From positions 3,098-67,097 of the forward strand of contig JBDTFR010000101.1 in the NCBI GenBank assembly GCA_039937835.1: a stretch of DNA of 64,000 bases. Direction: 5' to 3'. The DNA comes from Bacteroidia bacterium. GTDB lineage: Bacteria; Bacteroidota; Bacteroidia; 2-12-FULL-35-15. A program made the translations under genes and the position numbers. This document shows, in pieces, positions 46,047 to 56,237 of this stretch (position 1 is the first letter of the stretch; every line of letters starts with the position of its first letter). The notes under the pieces were generated by a model that made no database searches, was not told the origin of the DNA, and saw nothing but the letters and a program-made list of their open reading frames with translations.

Positions 46047-46703
46047 TTAGTTAAAGGTTGCTATTACTGTTTTGCCGCCTACTACTACTTCATTTAGCGC
46101 AACTTTTACCTTAATACTAGGAGGTAAAAGTAAATCTACTCGTGAACCAAATTTTATAAATCCAAACTCTTCCCCTTGTTTCGCTACATCTCCTTCTTTG
46201 GCATAATTTACAATTCGTCTAGCTAGGGCTCCCGCAATTTGCCGAAACAATATTTTTTCACCATTTAGATGTTCTACCACAATAGTGGTACGCTCATTAT
46301 CGGTGGATGATTTAGGATGCCAAGCAACCAAAAATAAACCTGGGTGGTACTTCGAGTATTTAACGATACCTGAAATTGGATAACGATTAACATGTACATT
46401 AATAGGTGACATAAAAATAGAGACTTGTAATCGATTATCTTTAAAGTATTCTGATTCTATTGTCTGTTCAATTACCACTACTTTGCCATCTGCAGGAGCA
46501 ATAATATGGTTATCATTTATTTGAATGGTACGTATTGGGTTTCTAAAAAATTGTACAATGGTTACTAGTAAAAATAAGGAGAGTAAATATCCGAGCCATA
46601 AAATAATAAAATGACAACAAAAGTAATGCGTAAGCAAATTGATGATTGCGATTACAATAAGTGTTATAATTAATGAAGGTATCCCTTCTTTATGAAACTT
46701 CAT
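46047..46703 (-). CDS. psd: Phosphatidylserine decarboxylase proenzyme (short form)
   Basis: 218 aa. N-terminal TM segments and the self-cleavage region GFIKFGSRVDLLLP. Confidence 0.88.
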   Translation of the reverse strand: MKFHKEGIPSLIITLIVIAIINLLTHYFCCHFIILWLGYLLSLFLLVTIVQFFRNPIRTIQINDNHIIAPADGKVVVIEQTIESEYFKDNRLQVSIFMSPINVHVNRYPISGIVKYSKYHPGLFLVAWHPKSSTDNERTTIVVEHLNGEKILFRQIAGALARRIVNYAKEGDVAKQGEEFGFIKFGSRVDLLLPPSIKVKVALNEVVVGGKTVIATFN

Positions 46704-46744
46704 CTAATTTTAAATTTTTATGGTTAACACTCATGTCAAATACG

Positions 46745-46774
46745 AAAGCCTTGAACTATAATGTTCAAGGCTTT
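46745..46774 (-). terminator. Hairpin between yidC and psd
   Basis: AAAGCCTTGAAC-TATAAT-GTTCAAGGCTTT, a 12-bp perfect stem. The downstream T-run on the minus strand is weak. Confidence 0.4.
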
Positions 46775-46781
46775 TACAGTA

Positions 46782-48635
46782 TTATTTTTTCTTTGGAGCA
46801 ATTTGTTGACGTTCTTTTGCCATTTGCTCTAAACGTTGTTGAAATTTAGATGCTTTTACAGGTTTCTTCTTATTGGCCTGTATTTTTTTATGAAGTGCAT
46901 CTTGATCAATTACAAATTTTTGTATGATCCAAGTTTGTGCAAACGTAATCATATTGGCAAGAAAATAATACCAACTTAATCCAGCAGAATAATTATTTAA
47001 AAAACCTAAAAATACAATCGGCATCAAATACATCATCCATTTCATGCCAGGCATTTGATTGCTAGTACCCATTAATTGGCTGTTACTCCAAGTATAAAGT
47101 AAGGTAGACCCTGTCATTAATAAAGCAAATAAACTTACGTGATCGCCATACCAAGGGATAGAAAATCCAAAATTATAAACGGAATCATAAGTAGATAAAT
47201 CGTGTGCCCATAAAAAACCTTGTTGGCGTAATTCAATAGAGGCTGGGAAAAAGCTAAACAAAGCAATTAAAATAGGCATTTGTAAAACTACTGGAATACA
47301 ACCGGCCATTGGGTTTACACCAGCTTGTTTGTATAGTGCCATGGTAGCCTGCTGCTTTTTCATGGGGTCTTCATTCTTATACTTTTCAGTTATTTCATCA
47401 ATCTCTGGCTTTAAAACACGCATTTTAGCGGAAGACAACACCGTGCGGTATGCAATAGGTAAAAGCGCTAATTTTATTAGGAGTGTTAAAATAAGAATGA
47501 TGATACCATAGTTTAAGTTAAAGCCACTTAAAAAATTAAAGATGGGAATTACTGCAAAACGATTTACCCAACCAAATATTTTCCATCCTAAATTAATTTG
47601 ACGTTCTAATTCAATATTATATTTTTTTAAGGTCTTGTAATGATTAGGGCCAAAATAATAACGTAATCCAAAGCTTTCTATGTTTTGATGTTTATAAGGG
47701 ATTATTAAGGAGGCGGAATAATTTTTTATATAATGGATCGAATTTTTATCTTTTACCGATTCAATTTCTCCATTTTTATCAAAAGAATTATCTGCTATAA
47801 TTACGGAAGTAAAAAACTGTTGCTTAAATCCAATCCATTTTACTGGCTTTTCTAGTACTATTTTTTCTTCTTTACTTTCACTTATTTTATCAACATCATC
47901 ATTTACATACTTATAATAAATGGTAGAAGCATGTTGTTGCGTTTCTTTATTTTGCTCTTGTGAGGGAGTAGCCATTTGCCAATTAAAAGTTACCCCATTC
48001 GCTGTTGGCGCAATAATGTCTTGTAAGCCTACAATATTAATGCGCGAAGTCATCATGTAATCATCATCAGTTAATGAATAAACATATTCTATGTACTTAC
48101 TTTTATTGCCAGCATATAAACGCATCGCGATGTTTTTAGAATCTTGATTGTTCTCGCTAACAAAGTATAATGAATCAGTAGAAAATGATTTAGAATTGGT
48201 AGCAAAAGTTATGTTTTGGATAGAAGAATCTGCTTGAAACAGAATTAGCGGTTTGCCATCATACGTTTTATACTCTTTTAATTGTACGGAAGCAATACGT
48301 CCCCCTTTTGAGGAGATGTTCACTTTCATAACCTTATTTTCTAAAACAATTAGCTTATTATCTCCTGCAGCAGCATCTATAAAATTTCCATAAATACTTT
48401 TTTGAACATAATTTTTAGTAGAATCATTTAAAATAACAGCAGGTTGTGTGTCTAATACATGCGCTAATTTCGCTTTTTGTGCCAGTTGCTTTTGTGAAGT
48501 TTCTTCGAACTTTGCAATTGAATCGTGTGAAAACTGTTGTTTTGCCAGTTGTTCTTTTGACGGTTGTGTCATTAGCATCCACCCAATTAAAATGCTGCCA
48601 ATAATCAATATTCCAATAATTGAATTTTTATCCAT
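46782..48635 (-). CDS. yidC: Membrane protein insertase YidC (long Bacteroidota form)
   Basis: 617 aa. A large periplasmic P1 domain, then the conserved core (LLIKLALLPIAYR...MRVLKPEIDEI...NPMAGCIPVVLQMPILIALF). Confidence 0.93.
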   Translation of the reverse strand: MDKNSIIGILIIGSILIGWMLMTQPSKEQLAKQQFSHDSIAKFEETSQKQLAQKAKLAHVLDTQPAVILNDSTKNYVQKSIYGNFIDAAAGDNKLIVLENKVMKVNISSKGGRIASVQLKEYKTYDGKPLILFQADSSIQNITFATNSKSFSTDSLYFVSENNQDSKNIAMRLYAGNKSKYIEYVYSLTDDDYMMTSRINIVGLQDIIAPTANGVTFNWQMATPSQEQNKETQQHASTIYYKYVNDDVDKISESKEEKIVLEKPVKWIGFKQQFFTSVIIADNSFDKNGEIESVKDKNSIHYIKNYSASLIIPYKHQNIESFGLRYYFGPNHYKTLKKYNIELERQINLGWKIFGWVNRFAVIPIFNFLSGFNLNYGIIILILTLLIKLALLPIAYRTVLSSAKMRVLKPEIDEITEKYKNEDPMKKQQATMALYKQAGVNPMAGCIPVVLQMPILIALFSFFPASIELRQQGFLWAHDLSTYDSVYNFGFSIPWYGDHVSLFALLMTGSTLLYTWSNSQLMGTSNQMPGMKWMMYLMPIVFLGFLNNYSAGLSWYYFLANMITFAQTWIIQKFVIDQDALHKKIQANKKKPVKASKFQQRLEQMAKERQQIAPKKK

Positions 48636-48785
48636 TTTGTTACCCTAACTTGTTTAATAAATAAAACATGTTTATAGCTGTTAGCGGGCGCAAAGGTAAT
48701 AAAATAATTTGGTGTGGGAGGAGTTCAAATTTTTCTATCTATTTTATTTAGTTTTTTGTTAAAACCTATTATATATGGTGTCTTT

Positions 48786-49304
48786 TTATTTTTTTTGTAG
48801 ATAAATAAAAGGAGATTGAACATTTTCTTCTGACAGAGAAATAAAGCCTTGTGTGGCAATTTGCATAAATTGTTCTTTAGAGAGCTGTTTAAATTTTTTC
48901 CATTGAATACTTAAAATGGAGTGAATGAGAACTTTTAAAGAGTTAAAACTACAGGGTTTTGTAAAAAAAAGAGAAGCCCCATTTTCATAACATTCTTCAA
49001 TATCCTTTATATTGCGAGAAGTGGAAAGAATGACTATTGGTAATTGAGCTAATTTATTATTTTTTTTTATTTCAGATAAACATTCTGCTCCATTTTTATA
49101 AGGCATATTCAAATCGAGTAATAAAAGACTAAAGCTTGGTTCTTTCTGACTGGCAGATAAAAAACTCATTAGCTTTTTTCCATCACAAATCTCTGTAATT
49201 TTTATAGTATCTGAATAATTCTTGATAACCTCTTGTAGTAAGAGTTGATCGTCATCGTCATCATCAGCAATTACCAAGTGCTTAATTTGTTCAACTTGTA
49301 CCAT
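48786..49304 (-). CDS. Stand-alone response-regulator receiver (REC) domain protein
   Basis: ADDDDDD acidic pocket, LLLLDLNMPYKNG (phospho-acceptor Asp), ILSTS and FFTKP. There is no output domain. Confidence 0.8.
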   Translation of the reverse strand: MVQVEQIKHLVIADDDDDDQLLLQEVIKNYSDTIKITEICDGKKLMSFLSASQKEPSFSLLLLDLNMPYKNGAECLSEIKKNNKLAQLPIVILSTSRNIKDIEECYENGASLFFTKPCSFNSLKVLIHSILSIQWKKFKQLSKEQFMQIATQGFISLSEENVQSPFIYLQKK

Positions 49305-49472
49305 GGAAGGGGGGAATTTTAAATTGTTAATATCAAATGCGATAAATTGGCAAAATAAACCTTACTGAAAAAGTGTATGAATTCAGGATATTGTATACTA
49401 ATTAAGTAACATTGTAGATAATTGAGTTAAAAATTAGGACTAAAATATATATAATTAAGATGATATCAAAAT

Positions 49473-49522
49473 AAATGCCTGTAGAATTATATTGATGTAA
49501 TAATATAAAACTACAGGCATTT
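49473..49522 (-). terminator. Hairpin/terminator downstream of metK
   Basis: A 12-bp perfect stem AAATGCCTGTAG/CTACAGGCATTT with a 26-nt loop. The minus strand continues with a T-rich ATTTTGAT. Confidence 0.5.
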
Positions 49523-49582
49523 AGGAAACTTTATAGGACAAAGAACATTTTTACATAAAAATAACTGAATAGCGTATTGCTA

Positions 49583-50836
49583 TTATTTTATTTTAAAAGC
49601 AGCTTTTACTTTACTAACGTAATCAAGCTTTTCCCAAGTAAACAATTCAACTTTCATTGTTTTTGTTTTTCCGTCAGGAGATTTAAATGTTTTTGTAATG
49701 GTCTCGTTCTTGCGACCCATATGACCATAGGCCGCCGTTTCGCTATAGATGGGCGTACGTAATTTTAAACGTTGTTCAATAAAGTAGGGGCGCATATCAA
49801 ATACTTTTTCTACTATATTAGCAATTTGTGCGTCATTAAGTTTCACTTTTGCTGTATTATAGGTATTAATATAAATACCCATCGGCTGAGCAACACCAAT
49901 AGCATAAGAAACCTGCACCAATACTTCTGAACATACACCAGCAGCTACTAAATTTTTAGCAATATGACGTGTAGCGTATGCTGCAGAACGATCTACTTTT
50001 GAAGGATCTTTTCCTGAAAATGCACCACCACCATGAGCACCTTTACCTCCATAAGTATCTACAATAATTTTTCTGCCTGTTAAACCAGTGTCACCATGAG
50101 GGCCGCCAATTACAAATTTTCCAGTAGGATTAATGTGGTATTTTATTTTATCATTAAATAAGTGAGCAAATTTTTTATACTTGGTTTTTACCCGAGGTAT
50201 TAAAATAGATACAATGTCTTTTTTTATTTTATCTAACATCTTTGCTTCTGGCCCAAAATCATCATGTTGCGTAGAAACCACAATTGCCTCAATGCGGACA
50301 GGAACGTTGTTATCATCATATTCTAATGTAACTTGAGATTTGGCATCGGGACGTAAATAAGTTATTTGTTTATTTTCTCTCCGTAAAGCTGCTAATTCTA
50401 TTAATATTTTATGTGCAAGATCTAATGCTAATGGCATGTAATCATCTGTTTCATTGGTTGCATAACCAAACATCATCCCTTGGTCACCTGCGCCTTGTTC
50501 TTCTTTTTTCTTTCTATCAACACCTTGATTAATATCTGCAGATTGTTCATGAATAGCTGAAAGTACACCACATGAATTGGCTTCAAACATATATTCACTT
50601 TTAGTATAACCAATTTTTTTAATTACATCGCGAGCAATGGTTTGTACATCTAAATAAGCTTTTGATTTTACTTCTCCAGCAAGAAATACTTGTCCGGTAG
50701 TAACTAATGTTTCGCATGCTACTTTAGAGTTTGGATCGAACGCTAAAAAATTATCAATTAATGCATCAGAAATTTGATCTGCTACTTTATCTGGATGTCC
50801 TTCTGAAACGGATTCAGATGTAAATAAATACCCCAT
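49583..50836 (-). CDS. metK: S-adenosylmethionine synthetase
   Basis: [53 protein letters not shown] and [16 protein letters not shown]. Confidence 0.96.
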   Translation of the reverse strand: MGYLFTSESVSEGHPDKVADQISDALIDNFLAFDPNSKVACETLVTTGQVFLAGEVKSKAYLDVQTIARDVIKKIGYTKSEYMFEANSCGVLSAIHEQSADINQGVDRKKKEEQGAGDQGMMFGYATNETDDYMPLALDLAHKILIELAALRRENKQITYLRPDAKSQVTLEYDDNNVPVRIEAIVVSTQHDDFGPEAKMLDKIKKDIVSILIPRVKTKYKKFAHLFNDKIKYHINPTGKFVIGGPHGDTGLTGRKIIVDTYGGKGAHGGGAFSGKDPSKVDRSAAYATRHIAKNLVAAGVCSEVLVQVSYAIGVAQPMGIYINTYNTAKVKLNDAQIANIVEKVFDMRPYFIEQRLKLRTPIYSETAAYGHMGRKNETITKTFKSPDGKTKTMKVELFTWEKLDYVSKVKAAFKIK

Positions 50837-50976
50837 AATTGTGTTTGTTTATATGAATTTAAATTTTTTTTAACGAACGCTAAATTACAATAATTAATTA
50901 AGGTGAAAATGCGAATAGAAATAAATAATCTGCAAAACTTAATAGTAACAGAATAATTAGAGGAGTAGAACGTCAG

Positions 50977-51888
50977 TTATTTTTTTGTTAATTGTTTAAA
51001 AACATCTTCTAATCGCTTATCTTCTTTATGAAGCGTAAGTACTGCCAACCCATTATTAACCGCATATTGAAAAATAGCCCCTCGTATGTCTTCATTGGTG
51101 TGCGCTTCTATCTGCCATACATTGTCTTTTATATTTGCTGCATTATAAAAGTGAGGAAGGCTTTTCAATGCGTTAAAAGAAGTTGCTTTATCAAACTCAA
51201 CGGTTATTAATTGTACATTTTGAGATTGTGAATTTTGTAACACAGCAGTGGTTTCATTGGCAACTATTTCGCCGTCATTAATTATAATTACTCGGTTACA
51301 GATGGCTTCTACTTCTTGCATAATATGGGTAGAGAGTAGCACTGTTTTTTGTTTGCCAATTTCAATTATTAGCTTTCGTATTTCTACTAATTGGTTCGGA
51401 TCTAAACCCGTGGTAGGTTCATCTAAAATTAATACTTTCGGGTCGTGAATCATTGCTTGGGCTAATCCAACTCGTTGTTTATAACCTTTTGAAAGTGCGC
51501 CTATTTTCTTATTTTTTTCTTTTTGCAAGCCTGTTATTTCTATCATTTCATTAATGCGCTGCTTCGTATTTTTAAGACCATGTAAGCCCGCAATAAACTC
51601 CAGATATTCCTTAATATACATCTCTGCATAAAGAGGGTTATTTTCTGGTAAGTAACCAACGTTTTTACGAACAGCTAAACTTTCTTCTTGCACATCAAAT
51701 CCACAAACAGTAGCGGTACCAGTAGTTTGTGGAATAAAACACGTTAAAATTTTCATCATCGTAGATTTGCCTGCTCCATTTGGCCCAAGAAAACCAACCA
51801 CTTCGCTAGCGCTAACATTAAACGTTACATCATTGAGCGCACGTTGTTCGCCATACATTTTTATTATGTTTTTTACTTCGATAGACAT
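50977..51888 (-). CDS. gldA: ABC transporter ATP-binding protein, GldA-like (gliding motility)
   Basis: Walker A GPNGAGKST, signature LSKGYKQRV, Walker B LILDEPTTGLD. The N-terminus MSIEVKNIIKMYGEQRALNDV resembles Flavobacterium GldA as I recall it. No gldF or gldG is adjacent. Confidence 0.6.
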   Translation of the reverse strand: MSIEVKNIIKMYGEQRALNDVTFNVSASEVVGFLGPNGAGKSTMMKILTCFIPQTTGTATVCGFDVQEESLAVRKNVGYLPENNPLYAEMYIKEYLEFIAGLHGLKNTKQRINEMIEITGLQKEKNKKIGALSKGYKQRVGLAQAMIHDPKVLILDEPTTGLDPNQLVEIRKLIIEIGKQKTVLLSTHIMQEVEAICNRVIIINDGEIVANETTAVLQNSQSQNVQLITVEFDKATSFNALKSLPHFYNAANIKDNVWQIEAHTNEDIRGAIFQYAVNNGLAVLTLHKEDKRLEDVFKQLTKK

Positions 51889-51906
51889 TTTTAAAATTTT
51901 AGTTCA

Positions 51907-51930
51907 AAGGTGTATTTTAAAATACACCTT
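51907..51930. promoter_or_regulatory. Perfect 24-bp palindrome just upstream of the gldA-like start codon
   Basis: AAGGTGTATTTTAAAATACACCTT is 12+12 with no spacer. It sits 19-42 nt upstream of the minus-strand ATG at 51888. Confidence 0.35.
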
Positions 51931-52057
51931 GTCATTTTAATAGCTACTGTTAAAGCAACGAATTACCCTTTGAACAACAAAGAAACAAACCATTCTTACA
52001 AAGCTAATTCTTTTTAATAAATTTGAGGTTGTAAAAAATGTTAAAGACTAAAATGAA

Positions 52058-52996
52058 ATGAAGGGTATTGTTATAAAATCAACGGGTAGTTGGTATACTG
52101 TTTTAAATGAACAACAAGAAGTGATAGAGTGCCGTATTAAAGGCATATTTAGGATGAAGGGCATTAAAACCACCAACCCTATTGCAGTGGGAGATAAAGT
52201 AAGCTTTGATATGGAAGCAGATGGAAGAGGTGTAATTAATACCATTGAAGAACGTAAAAATTACATCATTCGAAAGTCAATTAACTTATCTAAACAATCT
52301 CACATTATTGCTGCCAATATTGATCAAGCGCTTTTAATAGTAACCGTTACAATGCCTCGTACCTCCACCGGTTTTATCGATCGTTTTTTATTAACTGCAG
52401 AAGCCTATCACATCCCTGCTTGTATTATTTTTAATAAAAAAGATTTATTTGAAAATGACGTCAACTCACTTGCAGAAGTAAAAAAATTAACGACTATTTA
52501 TACTGCCATCGGCTATGCTTGTTATCAAGTATCAGCCACTCAAAAAATTAATATCGACCAATTACAACAATTAACTAAAAATAAAATAACCTTAATATCG
52601 GGTCATTCAGGAGCAGGTAAATCAACGTTAGTAAATGCCATGGATCATCATTTAAAGTTAAGAACAGGAGATATTTCTGAAGCGCATTTTAAAGGCAAAC
52701 ACACCACCACTTTCGCAGAAATGCATCCTTTACAATACGGAGGTTTTATTGTTGATTCGCCTGGAATTAAAGAATTAGGATTGGTAGATATGAAGAAGGA
52801 AGAAATAGCTACTTATTTTCCAGAGATGAATGCTTTAAAAAATAATTGCAAGTTTAATAATTGTTTGCATTTGAATGAACCCAAGTGCGCTGTGATTTTA
52901 GCAGTAGAAAAAGGAGAAATAGCACTTAGTCGTTATACCAATTATGTAGGAATAATGAATGGCGAAGAATTAAACACTCCACTTTATGAAGATTAA
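52058..52996 (+). CDS. rsgA: Ribosome small-subunit-dependent GTPase A
   Basis: N-terminal OB fold, circularly permuted GTPase (NKKDL ... GHSGAGKSTLVN) and a C-terminal zinc knuckle (CKFNNCLHLNEPKCAV). Confidence 0.92.
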   Translation: MKGIVIKSTGSWYTVLNEQQEVIECRIKGIFRMKGIKTTNPIAVGDKVSFDMEADGRGVINTIEERKNYIIRKSINLSKQSHIIAANIDQALLIVTVTMPRTSTGFIDRFLLTAEAYHIPACIIFNKKDLFENDVNSLAEVKKLTTIYTAIGYACYQVSATQKINIDQLQQLTKNKITLISGHSGAGKSTLVNAMDHHLKLRTGDISEAHFKGKHTTTFAEMHPLQYGGFIVDSPGIKELGLVDMKKEEIATYFPEMNALKNNCKFNNCLHLNEPKCAVILAVEKGEIALSRYTNYVGIMNGEELNTPLYED

Positions 52997-53011
52997 TAAA
53001 TTTAGCTACTT

Positions 53012-53464
53012 ATGAAAGCAGTAATACAGCGTGTTTCGGAGGCATCGGTAACTATTAATGAAAAAGTAAAAAGTGAAATAGGGGCGGGATTGCTTATTCT
53101 TTTAGGCATTGAAGACAATGATGGGCAAGAAGATTTAGAATGGCTAAGTCTAAAAATAGTGAACCTTCGTATTTTTAATGATCAAGCTGGCGTAATGAAC
53201 TTGTCAGTAATAGAAAAAGGAGGAGATCTTCTTTTGGTTTCACAATTTACGCTGCATGCAGCTACTAAAAAAGGGAATCGCCCATCCTACATTAAGGCCG
53301 CTAAGCCAGAAGTAGCCGCATTGATGTATGAAAAAATGATTATACAATTGCAAGTAGATTTGGAGAAGAGTATTCAAACTGGAGCGTTTGGTGCAGATAT
53401 GAAAGTAGCTTTAATAAATGATGGACCTGTTACCATTCTTATTGATACTAAGAATAGGGAATAA
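53012..53464 (+). CDS. dtd: D-aminoacyl-tRNA deacylase
   Basis: MKAVIQRVSEASVTI..., SQFTLHA, GNRPSY and NDGPVT. Confidence 0.93.
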   Translation: MKAVIQRVSEASVTINEKVKSEIGAGLLILLGIEDNDGQEDLEWLSLKIVNLRIFNDQAGVMNLSVIEKGGDLLLVSQFTLHAATKKGNRPSYIKAAKPEVAALMYEKMIIQLQVDLEKSIQTGAFGADMKVALINDGPVTILIDTKNRE

Positions 53465-53487
53465 GAAATAAGAAATAAGAAATAAGA
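53460..53487. repeat. Heptanucleotide tandem repeat (AATAAGA)x4
   Basis: Four perfect units start two bases before the dtd stop codon (53462-53464). Confidence 0.9.
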
Positions 53488-53687
53488 AGGCTTTGGTAAT
53501 CTCCATTGCTGCTATTAAAAAATAAGCATCATTTTAATTGACTAAAAGGGCGATAATTCCTAAATTCGTACCCTAATTGTATAAAACGCATTTATATAAA
53601 AATATAGTTAGCAGTAATTGTAGCTGAAAATTTCTAATAAAATAACCCTACTCTGATAATAAAAACAGAGTTTAATTTCTTAAAACT

Positions 53688-55955
53688 ATGGCATTTGATA
53701 TTGAGATGATTAAGGCAGTTTATAAAAACATGCCTAACAAAGTAACAGCTGCACGAAAATTATTAGGTCGCCCATTAACATTAACAGAAAAGATTTTATA
53801 CGCGCATTTGCATGCCGATCAGAAAGAAGCTAATTTTAAGCGTGGTAGTTCATATGTAGATTTTACGCCAGATAGAGTAGCCATGCAAGATGCCACTGCA
53901 CAAATGGCGTTGTTACAATTTATGCAAGCTGGTAAGCCAAAAGTAGCTGTACCTTCTACAGTGCATTGCGATCACTTAATCATGGCGAAAGAAGGTGCTA
54001 CCAAAGATTTAGAATTTGCTACCCATGAAAGTAAAGAGGTGTTTGATTTTCTAGGTTCTGTTTCCAATAAATATGGTATTGGTTTTTGGAAACCAGGTGC
54101 TGGTATTATTCATCAAGTGGTCTTAGAAAATTATGCTTTTCCTGGTGGAATGATGATTGGTACTGATTCACATACGGTAAATGCAGGTGGTTTAGGAATG
54201 GTGGCAATTGGTGTTGGTGGTGCTGATGCTTGTGATGTAATGGCAGGCTTGGCGTGGGAACTTAAGTTTCCTAAAGTAATAGGCATTAAACTTACAGGTA
54301 AATTAAACGGTTGGACAGCACCAAAAGATGTTATTTTAAAAGTAGCGGGTATATTAACCGTAAAAGGTGGTACAGGCGCTATTATTGAATACTTTGGTGA
54401 AGGGGCAACCTCCATGAGTTGTACTGGTAAAGGTACTATTTGTAATATGGGCGCCGAAGTAGGCGCTACTACTTCTACTTTTGGTTATGATGAGTCAATG
54501 GCAAGATATTTAAAAGCAACGGGTCGTGCAGATGTTGCAGAATTAGCAAATGGAATAAAAGAACATTTAACAGGAGATCCAGAAGTATATGCAAATCCTG
54601 AAAAATATTTCGATCAAGTAATTGAATTAAATTTATCGGAGTTAGAGCCTCATGTAAATGGCCCTTTTACACCAGATTTAGCAACCCCAATTTCAAAATT
54701 AAAAGAAGAATCAGTAAAACAAGGTTGGCCTTTAAAAATTTCCGTTGGTTTATTAGGCTCATGTACCAATTCATCTTACGAAGATATTTCTCGTGCAGTT
54801 AGTTTGGCAAAACAAGTTGCTGCAAAAAATTTAAAAGTAAAATCAGAATACTTAATTAATCCAGGTTCGGAGCAAATTCGTTTCACCATTAAACGCGATG
54901 GATTTTTAGATGTGTTTGAACAAATGGGTGCGAAGGTATTTACCAATGCTTGCGGCCCATGTATTGGAATGTGGGATAGAATGGGTTCTGAAAAACAAGA
55001 AAAGAATACCATCATTCACTCCTTTAACAGAAATTTTGCAAAGCGTGCAGATGGTAACCCAAATACATATGCATTTGTTGCCTCTCCAGAAATTGTTACT
55101 GCAATGGCCATTGCAGGCGATTTAACATTTAATCCTTTAACTGATTATTTAACAAATGAAAAAGGAGAGAAAGTAAAACTTGATCCTCCTTACGGCGATG
55201 AGCTACCTTTAAAAGGTTTTGCAGTGGACGATCCTGGCTTTCAAGCGCCAGCCATAGATGGAAGTAAAGTGGTTGTAAATGTTTCACCACTGTCTGATCG
55301 TTTACAAATACTGGAACCTTTCCCAGCATGGGAGGGAGTAGATTTAAAAGGATTAAAATTATTGATTAAAGCAAAAGGTAAATGTACTACCGATCATATT
55401 TCAATGGCTGGGCCTTGGTTAAAATATCGTGGACATTTAGATAACATCTCTAACAACATGTTAATTGGTGCGATTAATTTTTTTAACGAAAAAACAGATT
55501 GTGTTAAAAACCAGTTAACCGATAAATATGCGGGCGTACCTGTTGTACAAAGAGCCTATAAAGAAAAAGGAATTGGTTCAATAGTAGTTGGCGACGAAAA
55601 TTATGGTGAAGGTTCTTCACGTGAACATGCCGCTATGGAGCCTCGCTTTTTAGGAGTGCGAGCGGTATTGGTAAAATCATTTGCTCGTATACATGAAACA
55701 AATCTTAAAAAACAAGGGATGCTTGGATTAACATTTGTTGATAAAAACGATTATAATAAAATATTAGAAGATGATACGATTGATATTTTGGGTTTAATTT
55801 CTTTTACACCAGATGTGCCTTTAACAATTGTACTTCATCATAAAGATGGTTCAAAAGAAGAAATAAAAGCCTATCATACTTATAACGAACAACAAATAGA
55901 ATGGTTTAAAGCTGGAGCTGCTTTAAATATTATTCGTGCGAATGTAAAAGCATAG
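53688..55955 (+). CDS. Aconitate hydratase, mitochondrial-type (~755 aa)
   Basis: [36 protein letters not shown] and the swivel domain with [15 protein letters not shown]. Confidence 0.95.
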   Translation: MAFDIEMIKAVYKNMPNKVTAARKLLGRPLTLTEKILYAHLHADQKEANFKRGSSYVDFTPDRVAMQDATAQMALLQFMQAGKPKVAVPSTVHCDHLIMAKEGATKDLEFATHESKEVFDFLGSVSNKYGIGFWKPGAGIIHQVVLENYAFPGGMMIGTDSHTVNAGGLGMVAIGVGGADACDVMAGLAWELKFPKVIGIKLTGKLNGWTAPKDVILKVAGILTVKGGTGAIIEYFGEGATSMSCTGKGTICNMGAEVGATTSTFGYDESMARYLKATGRADVAELANGIKEHLTGDPEVYANPEKYFDQVIELNLSELEPHVNGPFTPDLATPISKLKEESVKQGWPLKISVGLLGSCTNSSYEDISRAVSLAKQVAAKNLKVKSEYLINPGSEQIRFTIKRDGFLDVFEQMGAKVFTNACGPCIGMWDRMGSEKQEKNTIIHSFNRNFAKRADGNPNTYAFVASPEIVTAMAIAGDLTFNPLTDYLTNEKGEKVKLDPPYGDELPLKGFAVDDPGFQAPAIDGSKVVVNVSPLSDRLQILEPFPAWEGVDLKGLKLLIKAKGKCTTDHISMAGPWLKYRGHLDNISNNMLIGAINFFNEKTDCVKNQLTDKYAGVPVVQRAYKEKGIGSIVVGDENYGEGSSREHAAMEPRFLGVRAVLVKSFARIHETNLKKQGMLGLTFVDKNDYNKILEDDTIDILGLISFTPDVPLTIVLHHKDGSKEEIKAYHTYNEQQIEWFKAGAALNIIRANVKA

Positions 55956-55989
55956 ATTTTTAATTTTCTTTTAAAGGAGTACTTTCTTT

Positions 55990-56038
55990 CGACTTTTTAG
56001 TTACTATTAATAGTAATTAAAAAGTCGAAGTTGTTTTT
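55990..56038 (+). terminator. Rho-independent terminator of the aconitase gene
   Basis: A long AT-rich hairpin CGACTTTTTAGTTACTATTAATAGTAATTAAAAAGTCG, followed by a T-rich tract (GTTGTTTTT). Confidence 0.65.
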
Positions 56039-56237
56039 GACCTGCGTTAGATTAAATATGTAAAGTTTGAATCATAAAATTCAAGACTGTTTTTGTCGAT
56101 TGGGCTAAAAATTTGCGTTTGGGAAACTGTTGTGAGCGTAAATGGCGAATCTGCATAAAGATATTTTCTACACATTGATTATAGAAGTTATATCAAAGAA
56201 CAATCTATATTTGTACGAATTCAAAAATAGACTATCA

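Noticed and set aside
50837-50976. SAM riboswitch upstream of metK
   Set aside because: Reading the minus strand, I could not find the conserved SAM-I/SAM-II core elements or a convincing multi-stem junction. The leader is only 140 nt and almost pure AT.
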